Below are positions 40,623 to 55,469 of a stretch of DNA of 64,000 nt, in pieces. Position 1 is the first letter of the stretch. Every line of letters starts with the position of its first letter. Origin of the DNA: Octopus vulgaris. Lineage: Eukaryota. The stretch lies in NCBI GenBank assembly GCA_951406725.2, contig OX597831.1:43710001-43774000 (forward strand). Direction: 5' to 3'. Both the position numbers and the translations under genes were made by a program. The notes under the pieces were generated by a model. The model ran no database searches, was not told the origin of the DNA, and was given only the letters and a program-made list of their open reading frames with translations.

Positions 40623-41132
40623 CCGAAATTGCGAGGATGATCCGGTTCTTGACTGAAGATTAGAGGCTTCGAATGACCCGTCCGTTTTTTTGTGTCGTCT
40701 ACTTGAATGTTTTGCGTTCTTGTCCCATTTTGTATTTTTATATATATTTTATATATATATATATATATATACGTATGTACGTACATACATGCATGCATGC
40801 GCATCCATCCAACCACACATAAATACATACATACACACACGTACTTACGTAACATATACCCCCCACATACACACACACACACACACTCAAAAGCAGTTGA
40901 AAAAAGGGCAGAAAATTTTTTAAAAAGTTATCCATAAATGTATAAATGGCGTTCACCTTAACTTTACCGGTTACTCAATCCATAATAATAGCCTGTTGTT
41001 GGAAATTAACCCCAGGTCAGGTCAGGTCATCTCTGATCGAAAAGACCTATAATGAGTGAACTTCCAGCCGTGACCATCACGTAGTTTTTAGAGTATAAAT
41101 CTAGGAGCACACCATCCAACATGTCTTACCTT
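39641..41132. repeat. Direct duplication of ~230 bp (39641-39867 and 40901-41132)
   Basis: Near-identical sequence from AAAAAGGGCAGAAAATTTTT to CATGTCTTACCTT. Confidence 0.9.
40158..40523 (-). mobile_element. SINE family A (diverged)
   Basis: Tail, body and head recognisable. Confidence 0.75.
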
Positions 41133-41424
41133 CTTTTGAGATGACAGAGCGCATTTTGAAAGCATTTAGCTGCCGTTTCTAACAGATCGAAAGACCACAC
41201 AGATGCAGCTCTGTCGTTGGTGCTCTGGACACATATTATGTAAAAACCGTGGATGTACATAGTCATATATACACGTGGAAGAGTTTATTCACACACATAT
41301 ATATAGAAAGAGAAAGAGAGAACTGGTTGACCATTAGACAAAAATAAATACGTACTTAAGTCTCCAATGAATGTAAGGGCCACATTATTATTTATATATA
41401 TTTTTCTTTTCCTGGGACTGGATT

Positions 41425-41835
41425 ACTCTTTACTCTTTTACTCTTTTACTTGTTTCAGTCATTTGACTGCGGCCATGCTGGAGCACCGCCTTTAGTCGAG
41501 CAAATCGACCCTGGGACTTATTCTTTGTAAGCCAAGTACTTATTCTATCGGTCTCTTTTGCCGACCCCAAAAAGTGACGGGGACGTAAACACACCAGCAT
41601 CGGTTGTCAAGCAATGCTAGGGAGACAAACAGACACAAACACATGCACACACATACATATATATATATACATATATACGACAGGCTTCTTTCAGTTTCCG
41701 CCTGCCAAATCCACTCACAAGGCTTTGGTCGGCCCGGGGCTATAGCAGAAGACACTTGCCCAAGATGCCACGCAGTGGGACTGAACCCGGAACCATGTGG
41801 TTGGTTAGCAAGCTACTTACCACACAGCCACTCCA
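41425..41835 (-). mobile_element. SINE family A, near consensus
   Basis: Full length with (TACTCTTT)3 tail. Confidence 0.85.
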
Positions 41836-42052
41836 TAAATTATAGAATATTTATTTTTTTTTTTTAAAGTGCGTCCTTTTAAAAACAGAATCGATGTTTT
41901 TGTGCTTGTTTTGTTTTACTCCTTTAATAAAAAAAAAACTGTTTATTTTTCCATAAATGCATTTTATAGAATAAAAACGGAACAGGTTGTTGGTATTGTT
42001 GAGGCAGAAATGGGGTTGATCTGGGAATGACTTGGCCTAATCCGGCACCGCC

Positions 42053-42083
<31 letters not shown>

Positions 42084-42146
42084 TGTATGTATGTATGTAT
42101 GTATGTATATGCATATAAATGTATATACGCATATCTGTATGCATGC

Positions 42147-42207
<61 letters not shown>

Positions 42208-42208
<1 letters not shown>

Positions 42209-42326
42209 GGCCTGCTCGCTTAGCCAGCGGGGTTGCGTCATTTGAAGGCTAAAACAATGCGAAGCGCATTGTGACCAGCGATGTGTAGCGACATCTGATA
42301 GCCTGGTCGGTCACGGTGACGGTGAC
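42208..42326. mobile_element. ~120-bp (TA)n-embedded element (second copy at 45004-45125)
   Basis: Near-identical TGGCCTGCTCGCTTAGCCAGCGGG...GGTCACGGTGA in both places, each flanked by (TA)n. Confidence 0.7.
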
Positions 42327-42403
42327 ATATATATATATATATGCACGCATGTGTGTGTGTATATATATATGCATGCATGTGTGTGTATATATATATGCAT
42401 GCA

Positions 42404-42469
<66 letters not shown>

Positions 42470-42493
42470 TAGATAGATAGATAGATAGATATT

Positions 42494-42527
<34 letters not shown>

Positions 42528-42726
42528 GAGAAAGAAAGAGAGAAAGAGAAGAGAGAAAGTGAGAGAGATGTATGTATGTATATAAATATATGTATATATG
42601 TATGCATATATATATGAGACAGAGAGAGGTGTATATATAGTACATATATATATATACACACACATACATATATGTGGGTACATGTATATATTTCTGTATG
42701 TATATCTATCTATATATATGTATGTA

Positions 42727-42815
<89 letters not shown>

Positions 42816-43296
42816 ATATCTACGCTTATATCTACACACACGCATATATATACATGTGTGTATGTTAGTATCAATATATATGTATATGTATATATGCGTA
42901 CATCTGAGTGTGTCAGTGTGTGTACGTGTGCGTGCGTGCCTCTGTGTGTGTGTGTGTGTGTGTGTGTAAAAAGTTCTGCCTCAAACAATCCAAACAGGAT
43001 TATTGGGGCCAGAGCTGAGACATTTCACACGCGTTTAAGTGACCGAGAATACAAAAGTCCCAACCGCCACTGGACGAGATGCCAGTGCACCGCAATGTTA
43101 ACTCCCCTCCACCTATTATCGGTACACATGTGACCGTACGCGCGCGTATGTATGTATGTATGTATGTATGTATGTATGTATGTATGTATGTATGTATGTA
43201 TGTATGTATGTATGTATGTATGTATCTATCTATCTATCTATCTACGTACGTACTTACCTACCTACGTACCTATCTATCTATCTCCATCTGGGTATA

Positions 43297-43487
43297 TACT
43301 CTTTTACTTGTTTCAGTCATTTAACTGCGGCCATGCTGGACTACCGCCTTTAGTCGATCGAGCAAATCGACCCCAGGACTTATTCTTTGTAGCCTAGTAC
43401 TTATTCTATCGGTCACTTTTGCCGAACCGCTAAGTTACGGGGGACGTAAACACACCAGCATCGGCTGTTAAGCGATATGGGGGACAA

Positions 43488-43526
<39 letters not shown>

Positions 43527-43700
43527 CATATAGACGACGGGCTTCTTTCAGTTTCCTTCTACCAATTCAACGCACAAGGCTTCGGCCGGCCCGAGGCTAT
43601 AGTAGAAGACACTTGCCCAAGGTGTCACGCAGTGGGACTGAACCCGGAATCACATGTGGTTCGTAAGCAAGCTACTTACCACACAGCCTCCACTACGCCT
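43297..43700 (-). mobile_element. SINE family A, full length
   Basis: Match to family A. Confidence 0.85.
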
Positions 43701-43735
43701 ATATATATATATATATATATTTATAGATAGATACA

Positions 43736-43804
<69 letters not shown>

Positions 43805-43832
43805 GTATATATGTATATATATATATATAAAT

Positions 43833-43973
<141 letters not shown>

Positions 43974-43993
43974 CATGCAAATATATACATATT

Positions 43994-44057
43994 TGCTTAA
44001 AACATGACATGATATATATATATATATATATATATATATCATGTCATGTTTTAAGCA
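43994..44057. repeat. Perfect 64-bp palindrome centred on (AT)14
   Basis: TGCTTAAAACATGACATG-(AT)14-CATGTCATGTTTTAAGCA. Confidence 0.9.
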
Positions 44058-44359
44058 GGCCTTGGCACTTCTGAACAGTCTTTTTTAAAGATGATTATTG
44101 TCAAACATAAGCCACAGCTATACGAATCGTTACACTATCCCGTAGGTTATGTCATTATATGAGCGATTAAGCGATGATAACGCATCGCATCACACGAATA
44201 TAGTTTACGCAATGATGCTTAGTGTTTGACCTGTATCGGATATTCGGTCAAAAATGTTAACACGCACACACACACACACACATATACACGTAAACATTCC
44301 GTTTGTTGATCGATCGAATGATTGATAGATAGTTAGCTTGTGCATACCTACAAGCCTGC

Positions 44360-44460
<101 letters not shown>

Positions 44461-44628
44461 CATCTATCTGTCTGTCAGTATGTCTATCTACCTACCTATA
44501 TACCTATCTATCTATCTATCTATTTATCTGTCTGTCTATTTACCTATCTATCTATCTGTCTATTTACCTATCTTTCTATCTCTCTCTCTATCTGTCTGTC
44601 TATTTACCTATCTATCTACCTATCTCTC

Positions 44629-44713
<85 letters not shown>

Positions 44714-44957
44714 ATGTCTGTCTGTCTAGCTATCTAGCTGTCTGTCTGTCAGTCTGTCTACCTATCTCCGTTTACAAACAGCGTTTGTAAACATTTACAA
44801 AAGTACTCAATATACTCGATGCCTGAGGTAGAAACGAGTTCTTGCAAATATATATATGTGTGTCTGTACACGTATATATATATATATAAATATATACACA
44901 TATATACACACACATATATGTATATATTTCTGTTCACACACACGCACACACACATTC

Positions 44958-44991
<34 letters not shown>

Positions 44992-45158
44992 ATATATTTA
45001 TATTTGGCCTGCTCGCTTAGCCAGCGGGATGGTGTCATTTGAAGGCTAATACAATGCGAAGCGCATTGTGACCAGCGATGTGTAGCAACATCTGATAGCC
45101 TGGTCGGTCACGGTGATCACGGTGATATTTATATATGCATATATATATATATATGTAA

Positions 45159-45224
<66 letters not shown>

Positions 45225-45616
45225 ACACGGTTTGTAAAATATATACAAGTATATATTATACATCGTGCAACCATTATCTGATTTCTGAGCTCAATACTTT
45301 AGGTAGGGCGTGTAAATAAGTTTATAATATCGAAAAAGGACAGGCTAAACTAGTTTTGCCTAACAGCTGGCTGACCACTACTGCCAGGCATAACAGAAAT
45401 ACATATATAATATATACATACACACACGCACACATATATATATATATATACATACAATTATATATACATATATTTAAATACACACCACACACATACATAC
45501 ATATATATATATAAATATATATACATATATTTAAAAACGCATATATATAATACATACATATATATACATACAGACATATATATATATGTGTGTCTGTGTG
45601 TGTGTATATATGCATG

Positions 45617-45650
<34 letters not shown>

Positions 45651-45706
45651 TATATGCATGTTAGCCACTACACACATTTTTTTCTCTCCTTGTTTTTTCT
45701 GTGTCC

Positions 45707-45742
45707 CTTTCTGTAGAAGAGCGTAGGCTCGAAACGTAAAAG
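45707..45742 (+). ncRNA. Minimal hammerhead-like motif, variant core (H1 element 45660-45832)
   Basis: CTTT-CTGTAGA-A-GAGC-GTAG-GCTC-GAAA-CG-TA-AAAG. Confidence 0.7.
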
Positions 45743-46192
45743 ACTTTTTCTATTCCTGAGCGTTATACTAATACATCTGTTTGTTTTGTACACCACCTGT
45801 CTTCGTCTTTTTTTTTTCGTAAACTCTCCCTAAATATATATATATACCTGCAAACGTATATATACTGATATACATACATATCTATATGCATATATAGACA
45901 CATATATATACATATAGATACATACGTATATGTATATACAAATATATATACATACATACGCATATACCTGTATATATACACACATATCTATATATACATA
46001 TATGCACATACATTTATAAATGCATACATACAGATATATTTGTATGTGTACACACGTATATATAAACTTGCATACGCACATAAATATTCATATATATATG
46101 TACGTATGTATTATGTATGTATGTATATATATATATATATATATACATACATGCATATATACTTATATAAATTTATTTATATATACGTACAT

Positions 46193-46223
<31 letters not shown>

Positions 46224-46250
46224 GCATATATACTTATATAAATATATTCA

Positions 46251-46284
<34 letters not shown>

Positions 46285-46358
46285 CATACACATACATAAA
46301 GTTATATGCATATAATTATATATATATATATATATATATACCTACATACACACACATA

Positions 46359-46401
<43 letters not shown>

Positions 46402-47239
46402 AACAAAATATATACACAAAAACACATATGTGTACATGCATAATATGCATATATACATACATACATAACATATACATACATACATACATACATAGATACA
46501 TACATACATACATACATTACATATCTCTCGTTGACACACGATACATCCTTAGTTACGTTTCCATCTAGATAAGAAAGAACATGTTAAAGACCTCAGAAGA
46601 AACAATAAGCCGATAACGGAATTTAACTGGTTCTTTATTTTATTCATCTCTGACGAACGGACCTGCAAGAGTGACTCCAGCACGATTTGAACGCAGAAAA
46701 TACAACGCTAAATACTTGCAGGCATTTTGTCCGACGTGCTATCAAGCCAGCCAGCATCCAATAGATATTTTCAAAACTACAACAAACTTTTGTCAACCTG
46801 ATGTAGATACGCGCGCGCGTATGTTTATTTGTGTATATGTGCATGTGCGTGTTTGTATGCGTGTGTGTATGTGAAAGTGTGCTACATGATGATGTGTGGG
46901 TGTACTAAAATGTGAATTGGCGTCAATATATGGATGTAGATATATTTGTAATTGTATGTATGAATGTATGGCATGGATGTGTCGGTAAGTATGATGTATA
47001 TACGTATGTGTATGCGAATATGTGTGTGTGTATGCGAAATATGTGTGTGTATTTGTCCGTCATTGAGTGTTTGTATGTGCAAATATGTATATGTAAATAT
47101 ATGTATGTATATATATGTGTGTATATATGTGTATGTGTTGTGTGTGTATGTGTGTGCGCGCGCATGTCTGTATGTATGTTATAAATATATGTATGACCAA
47201 GTGCTGATGTGCGAATGTATTGATCGATCTGCTGTTATT

Positions 47240-47925
47240 GGTTAGCTTCAGGTTATTTCTGATCAACGACATTCCACTTGTGACCGTCCCGTCTCCCCCA
47301 ACCCAATATTATCTAGAACTACATAAACCACACATGTCAATCTTAATTTTTACAACTGTAAAGTGTCATTTGACGGAGATTTAGCTGCTATTTCTAGCAG
47401 ACTAAAGGTTGTGCAAGCTCGAGGAACTAATAGACGACTCCGTATCGTTGGTGTTGTTTAGCCCCCAGGTCAGCTATAATCAATCACGTGTGCAATTATA
47501 GGCGTTCCTGCCGTGCCCACTCCATTTTTTAGACACAGCATCTCGCACATTATTCATTGTATCCATTCCCATCAACCCCATTTTTAAGGCTTTAATTATA
47601 TTTTCTCTTAAGCGGAGGGGGTGGGTGGGTGGGAGATTTAGCTGTTATTTCTAGCAGATCGAACGACAACTTAGAGACTAACCCCCGTTAGCTTCGCATT
47701 GTTTGTTGTTTATGATGTTACTTAAAACCTCATGTCAGCTCTCATCGAAGAAACCTATGATCACAGGTATTCCAGTCGTAAACATATTTTCTCGGGGCAT
47801 GATGTACCTAGGACTTCATTACATCATGTGTCTACCCCTCCCCTACCACCACCTCTTTTAAAAAGGTTGCATGTGATTTGAGAGGAAAATTTAGCTGGTG
47901 TTTCTAGTAGGTCGAGCAATCCCGA
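47240..47925 (+). repeat. Three tandem copies of old dispersed repeat family G (~240-bp unit)
   Basis: Recurring GTTGTTTAGCCCCAGGTCAG...GTGACC...GAGATTTAGCTGCTATTTCTAGCAG; also near 5100-5420, 37500-37850, 39730, 40990, 49650, 51630-52370 (-) and 52670. Confidence 0.65.
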
Positions 47926-47980
47926 TTTAGTTTTCTCCTTGTGCGAGAGAATGTGTGTGCGCGCGCGTGTGTGCGTGTGT

Positions 47981-48020
<40 letters not shown>

Positions 48021-48544
48021 GAGACAGAGAGTGTAATGTGTGTGTGAGAGTGTGGGTATGTATGTACATGCATGTGTGTGTGTATGTGTGTGTGTGTTTT
48101 AGCATATGAGTCAACGAAGAAGGTGCAATTTGTAGATAACTAATAATATCGATGACTGAAGCTGATTGTTACATGTCAAAGTATGTGTGTGTGTGTGTGT
48201 GTGTGCGTGTATGTCGTGGGTGCGTGCGCGCGCGCTGGCATTTCAGCATGTGTGAGTCAACGTACAGGGTGCAACTGTAGGTAACTAATAATATCAATAA
48301 TTTTATCCGAATGTAACATGTCAAAAGTGTATATATATGAGTGTCAGCATCTGTGTAATGTGTGTGTGTGTGTACGCGCGCGTCCGTGTGCGTGTGTGTG
48401 TTTGTGTGTCTGTGACGCGTGTGTGTATTATGTGTGAGGAGGAGAGGGATGTGTGTGTGTGTGTGTCAGAGCTGATGTGAAACTGTCAGTAACTGTCGGT
48501 ATGTATAAGTGTGTGTGTTTGTGTGTCAAACATTGTATCTGTTT

Positions 48545-48701
48545 TTTTTTTTAGCCGAAACAAATCGTCCCCAGTATAAATTCTACTGCTCTCTTTTTTG
48601 CCGAACGGCTAAGTAACAGGACATAAACAAACCGACATTGATCGTCAAGCGGGGTGGAGTACAAACACAAACACACAATACACACATATACATACATATG
48701 T

Positions 48702-48784
<83 letters not shown>

Positions 48785-49166
48785 ACATACTAAGTATGTC
48801 TACCTGCTTGAAATAACAGTCAAAACTCTTATATATATATATATTAGTAATAATAATGATAATATAACAAAATAATGAATGAGACCTCGATATTATGTAA
48901 AATAGAGGAATTTATCTATAAAATATATGTGACAACCAACTAATTGTCATATAAGGGGAATGTTCCTTGTGTTGGTTGTCTTGTACTCTGTTTTTTCGTC
49001 GTTGAAAAAGTCCGTTTCCTTGTTTGGTTATATGTTTTCGTTTCTCGTTATGTTCTACGTTTATTTGTGGTGTCCTGTACTCATATATGATATGTATATA
49101 TACATATAGATGTAGGTATGTACATATATGTATGTATGTATGCATATGTTTTATTTATTATATTGT

Positions 49167-49232
<66 letters not shown>

Positions 49233-49338
49233 GAATAGAGTTGAACGTGTCTTCTCTGATGTGAATTTGCTACCCAGGTATCAGTTAACCGAATTATCCA
49301 TAACAAGATAATTCATTCTACTACTCAAATATATATAT

Positions 49339-49412
<74 letters not shown>

Positions 49413-49569
49413 GATGAGCTGCTTCTTTCAGTTTCCGTCTACTAAATCCACTCACAAGACTTTAGTCGCCCGGGGCTATAGTAGAAGACACTTGCCCAAA
49501 GTGCCAGGCAATGGGACTGAGCCTGGAACCATGTGGTTGGGAAGCAAGCTTCTTACCACACAGCCACAC
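48545..49569 (-). mobile_element. SINE family A split by insertions in its internal (TA)n
   Basis: 3' part at 48545-48680; 5' part at 49410-49569. Confidence 0.65.
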
Positions 49570-49964
49570 TTTCTCCTATGTATGTATTTATCAAAACGTG
49601 TGTCATTTGAAATGTGTGTCAGTGTAGCAGTGAAATACAATGCCTGGGTGTTGTTGTTTAACTCCAGGTCACCCTTGATGGATTAGATACGATCAAAGAA
49701 AGGGCATTGTAACCGTGACCATCAAGGACCTCATAATCTAACTGGTCCTTCCTTTTCTTAGACGGTGTTATGTGATTTAAAGGAATTTGGTTTCAATTTC
49801 TAGCAGATCGAACGACCACGTAGAGTCACTTCTCAATTCGCGCGTGTAAGCATGTGCAAGTGTTTTTGTGCGTGTGTGTGTCTGTTAAGGTGTATATGAA
49901 ATATGTAAGTGTGTGTGTTAGTGTATGTGTAAAATCTTGCTCATGCATTTGTGTATGTGTGCGC

Positions 49965-49997
<33 letters not shown>

Positions 49998-50202
49998 CGC
50001 GTGTGTGTGTATGCGTGTATATTTGTGAGTCCATGTGTTGCCATTTTGTGACTATGTTTGGTGTGTTTAACCCATGTGCATGTCACCAATGTTTTGACTT
50101 GCCTTGGGTCCTCAACTCCAGAAAGGATCGTAAGGGTCAGTGCCACACAACCTACGGTTTGACTTGGGTCTTTCAAAGCTGTCCCTCTCCATAGCCAAAT
50201 CT

Positions 50203-50275
<73 letters not shown>

Positions 50276-50276
50276 T

Positions 50277-50324
<48 letters not shown>

Positions 50325-50498
50325 GAGAGGTATGGACGGACGGAGAGAAAGGGGTATGTAAGTAGGTAGGAACGGAGGAATGTATGGATGGATAGCTGGA
50401 TAGACAGATTGATAGATAAATAGATGGATAGCTGGACAGATAGCTGGCTAGACAGAGATAGACGGGTAAGTGGATAGATAGATAGGTAGATAGGTAGG

Positions 50499-50595
<97 letters not shown>

Positions 50596-50769
50596 GTTTC
50601 ACATTATGTTCAGTGTTTTTTTGATGTCCTGTACCCATATATGCATGTATATATACATATATATGTAGGTACGTACATATATGTATGTATATATGCATAT
50701 ATTTATATATTAGATAGATAGATAGATACATAGGTAGATAGATAGATAGATAGATAGATAGATATATAA

Positions 50770-50890
<121 letters not shown>

Positions 50891-53419
50891 GTGTGTGAGT
50901 GAGTGAGTGAGTGAATGAGTGAGTGGGGAGACAGAGAGAGAAGAAACGACCTCTGTACTGGACAGGAACTTATCGACCTCGACATGATGAAAGCCAAGTT
51001 GGCCTCGGCGGAATTAGAACAGAGAGAGCGGACAGCCGGAACTAAATACCGAAAGACATTCTATCCGATACTTTAATGATGCTACCAACTTGGCTGCGTG
51101 CACGTGTAGTATGTCAGTAAGTGAGAGTGTATGTGTGTCTTTAAGTGTGTGTGTGTGTGTGTGTGAGTGTAATTATTGTTTATGTATGTTTGAGCGTGTA
51201 ATGTGTTTCCATGTGTGCTTGTATGTGTGTATACGTGTGTCCATCGTGCTTGTGCATATGTATTGCGTATGTCGATGTATCTGTGAGTATGTATGTATGT
51301 ATATATGTATGTATGTATGCATGTATGCGTAATGCGTGTGTGAGTGAGAGATTATTCGATCAGGATTGTAGGTGACACTTAACGAAAATGTCATCTACTC
51401 ACGCCGTGACATCATGTAACAGTTCACTTATGCTCGTTTGAATAAATATAAAACAATACCAGCGAGAAAGGCATGCGTGCCACATCATCACATTTCCTCT
51501 ACACCTTCAAAAAGCCAAACACTTTCTAGCTATTGATATAAAATTTTAAAAACATGTCTTTCGTCTTGGACACAAAACCCAAGAAAATAGGATGATGAAT
51601 ACAGACGACCGAATAAAAACCCGAAAATATTACTGGTACATAGTGAATCAGCAAGGAAGCTTCTACGTGGTTACTCGACCTGCTAGAAATAACAGTTAAA
51701 TTACTCTCAAACAACAATTTGGACGTTGGATATTGGTGGGCTTGCTTTTCTTGTAGGCAAGGAAAAGGCGGAATTTTCACAGCTAGAATGCCTTGGAGTT
51801 AAATAACAATGACAATAACAAGAATTACTACTACTCCTTGTTGGTGGGATTGATGAGGAAGCGTCTTCGTAGACATTTGGCTTGCTAGAAATAATAGCGT
51901 ATTTTCTCCCAAATTAAATTCGAAGGAAGGGTACATTAAATAATGTAGTTCTAAATAATTTGTGCATGAAAACAAAGCACCATTCAACGATGGATCCTCT
52001 ATGTGATTGTTCGACTTGCAAGAATTTACAGCCAAATTCTCCTTAAATTATACCTTAATGTCTTAAAGAAGAGGGTACATTAGATAATGTAGTCCAAGAC
52101 ACATTTTGCCTGGAAATACAAAAAGCAAGGCAGTAAGAAAGTGTCTATGCGGTCACTCGACTTACAAGAAACAACAGCAAAATTCCTCTAAAATCACACA
52201 CAACTATCTTCAAAAATGGAAATCTAGTCCTAGATATACTGTGCATTGGCTTAAATAAAAATAAAATCAAATTAAAAGGATGCTTATGCTACGACTGGGA
52301 TACCTTTGGTTATAGATTTGCTGGATCAGTACTGACCTGGGACAAAACTAGTACAACATTAACAACAACAACACCAACAGGCAAATAACTGGAATAAAAT
52401 ACCTTATGGTATTTAGTTAGTTATGGACCTTTTCGTTTTGACTTGAAATGCCGCTGAGATCAATAAACTCAGCCTTTAATTTCTCGATAAAATTTGAAGT
52501 ACCAGTTATATAATGGGATTGATTTATACTCTGGTCGTGAATGCAATAATGGAATGAAGACAAAAACAAAAACAAAAAAAAAAAAGCGGGTAGGAGTTGC
52601 GGATGCATTTCTATGGAGGGACTTCGAGTCAAAACACGGTGGAATGAAGATAGATATGTAATGTTATGCAGTTGTTATTTCAGCCAGAGTTGCTCCAGAA
52701 AAAGCAGTACTGTGATCAAAGACATTTCAATCATGACTATCCCGTCTATTTATTTAACATGTAGGGTGTGATTTTAGGGAGATTCGATTACTATTTCTAG
52801 CAAATTGGGCGACCACGTGAAGGTTCTTTTCCCTCGTTAACTGGTTGTGATGTTATGTAAATAGATTTACATCCCGGTGCTGTCTCGGCTCCCTGCTTTT
52901 GCCGAGGAGAGCGTATTTGTAAATATTCTTTTCCAGTGGAATAATTGTAACATGTGGGGGATACTGGACGGACATTTCTAACTTTGTAAACTTAAGTCTT
53001 GGAGTTGAGTTGGGCTGAAGATTGAAGTTAAGAAACGATGGGAGAGAAGGAAAGATAGAGATAGAGAGAGAGGCAGGGAAATAGGAGAGAGATTGAGAGA
53101 AATAAAGAGACGGTGAAAGATAGAGAGACAGAGACGGAGAGACTGAGGGACACGGAGACGGGGAGACAGAGAGAGAGAGAGAGAGAGAGAGGAGAGACAG
53201 AGAGAGATGGACAGATAGAGAGGTTATTATTACACGTGTATGAAAGAGAAAAAGACAGAGATCGAGACAGAAAGACTGTCAGATGTATATGGGAGACGTT
53301 GTCATGTGTGTGACTGTGTAAGAGAGAGAAAGAGAGAGAGGAGGAGAGAAGGAGAAGATGCTCGGTATATAATGATTGTGCGAGAAGGAATTTGTCATGT
53401 GTGTGTAAGGGAGCAGGAG

Positions 53420-53452
<33 letters not shown>

Positions 53453-53937
53453 AATACGTATGTGAAAAAGAGAGAGAAATTGACCGACATAAGCAAGAGA
53501 GAGACAGAGTAAGAGAGAGGTCAGCTATATGTATGTGATTGTATGAATGAAAGCGACAGAGAGAAAGAGAGAGAGAGAGAGAGAGATGCTAGTGAGTATG
53601 AGAGAGAAAGAGAGAGAGACGTTATAAGGTGTGTGCAAGAGAGAGAGAGAGGGGAAGGGAGGGAGAGAGAGACTAACAGATACATGAAGGAGAGACTAAT
53701 AGATATGTGTCTGTGAAAGAAAGAGAGAGAAATGTCGTGAGCATGCGTTTATGTGTGTGTGTATGCGCGCGCGTGTGCATGTTTGTGTATATGTGTAAGA
53801 GAGAGAGACTGACCGAGAAATATGTGAGAGAAAGAGGTAGAAATGCAGCGAGAGAGATGTCGGTAGAGAGAGTTAGAGGGAGATAAAGAGAGAATGTCGT
53901 GTAAGTGTGCATGTAAGATAGATAGGTGGATAGATAG

Positions 53938-54066
<129 letters not shown>

Positions 54067-54074
54067 GATAGATG

Positions 54075-54140
<66 letters not shown>

Positions 54141-54602
54141 GACAGAGACAGACAGAAACAGAGAGAGGGAGAAAGACAGTCAGGTGTGATGGAATTAGTT
54201 TGTAGGGAGACTGGTCACTCCAGACAAGGGGCGGGGAGACAAACAGGGAAAAACGCGGTAAGGGAGAGACAGAGACAGAGAGAGAGAGAGCGAGAGGGTG
54301 GGGTGGGGAGAGAAGACATATGTAGTTTGAGAATTAGGGAGTGTATAATGAGAAAGATGGGTTATATATAAGTTAGGGTACACATTGAGAATGAAAAGGG
54401 ATTGTTAAAGTGTGGGAGTATGTGTGTTTATGTTGAAAGGGAGAGTGATAGAATGATGATGTAATGAAGAACAGTAAGAGAGAGACAGATAGATAGAGCG
54501 ATAGACGGATAGATATATAGATAGATAGATAGATAGATATATAGATAGATAGATAGGTAGATAGATAGGTAGATAGGTAGATAGGCAGATAGACAGACAG
54601 AC

Positions 54603-54670
<68 letters not shown>

Positions 54671-54673
54671 GGA

Positions 54674-54705
<32 letters not shown>

Positions 54706-54825
54706 AAAAGTAGAGCGCTAAAAGAAAAAGTGGAGAAAGTCAGGTTAAGTACAGAGCAGAAGGGTAAAGAGTGAGAGAAAGTGGTGAAAAACAGTAAGTA
54801 AACAGAGAGAAAGAGAGGGAGACAA

Positions 54826-54869
<44 letters not shown>

Positions 54870-55288
54870 AAGACAGGGTAAAAAGAGCGACTGAAAGAGA
54901 AAGAGAGAGAGAGAGAAAAAAAAGAAATTAGTAAAAGACAGTAAGGAAAAACAGAGTGTGACGAAAGTTACGGTAAGTAGAGTGACAGAGATAGAGAGAG
55001 AGGAAGAGAGTGGCGAAAGATAGTGAGTAAAGAGAAAGTGAGGAAAGGCAGAAAGTAAAGAGAGGGAGAGTAGCGAAAGTTATGGTAAGTAGAGCGACAG
55101 AAAGCGAGAAAGGGACGGAAAAGAAAGAAAGAAGAATGAGAGAGGGAAGGAGAAAGAGGGAGAGAGAGAGAAAGAGAGAGAGAGTGAATATGAGGTCCAA
55201 GCGGGCGCCGTCTTCATGCTGTCCATAACAAAACTAGAGACATGAAGTTTGAGAAAAGCGGCAATAACAAACAAATGTCTGAACTTAC

Positions 55289-55428
55289 CAACAAAGAAAG
55301 TGCTGGCAAAACAAAGATAAGACATCAACAGCAATGTCCCCTTGAAATAAAATCCAAAACAAACTGCTCTCACTGCCGTTCGACCACTTAGTTTGTAGAT
55401 ATGTTGAAGACAAAGAAATTCTCACCAT
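55289..55428 (-). CDS. Candidate first coding exon (MVRISLSSTYLQTKWSNGSESSLFWILFQGDIAVDVLSLFCQHFLC)
   Basis: ACAATGG Kozak context; frame open to a strong donor TG|GTAAGT at 55289/55288; unique sequence next to a 1.2-kb low-complexity tract. An alternative frame is also open. No homolog recognised. Confidence 0.25.
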
Positions 55429-55469
55429 TGTTCTAAAGATGATTTCAAATATATAAGCACAGCATTGAG

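Noticed and set aside
52871-53015. Unique stretch with open frames and splice-like ends on both strands
   Set aside because: Strand is ambiguous, donor is weak and no protein is recognisable.
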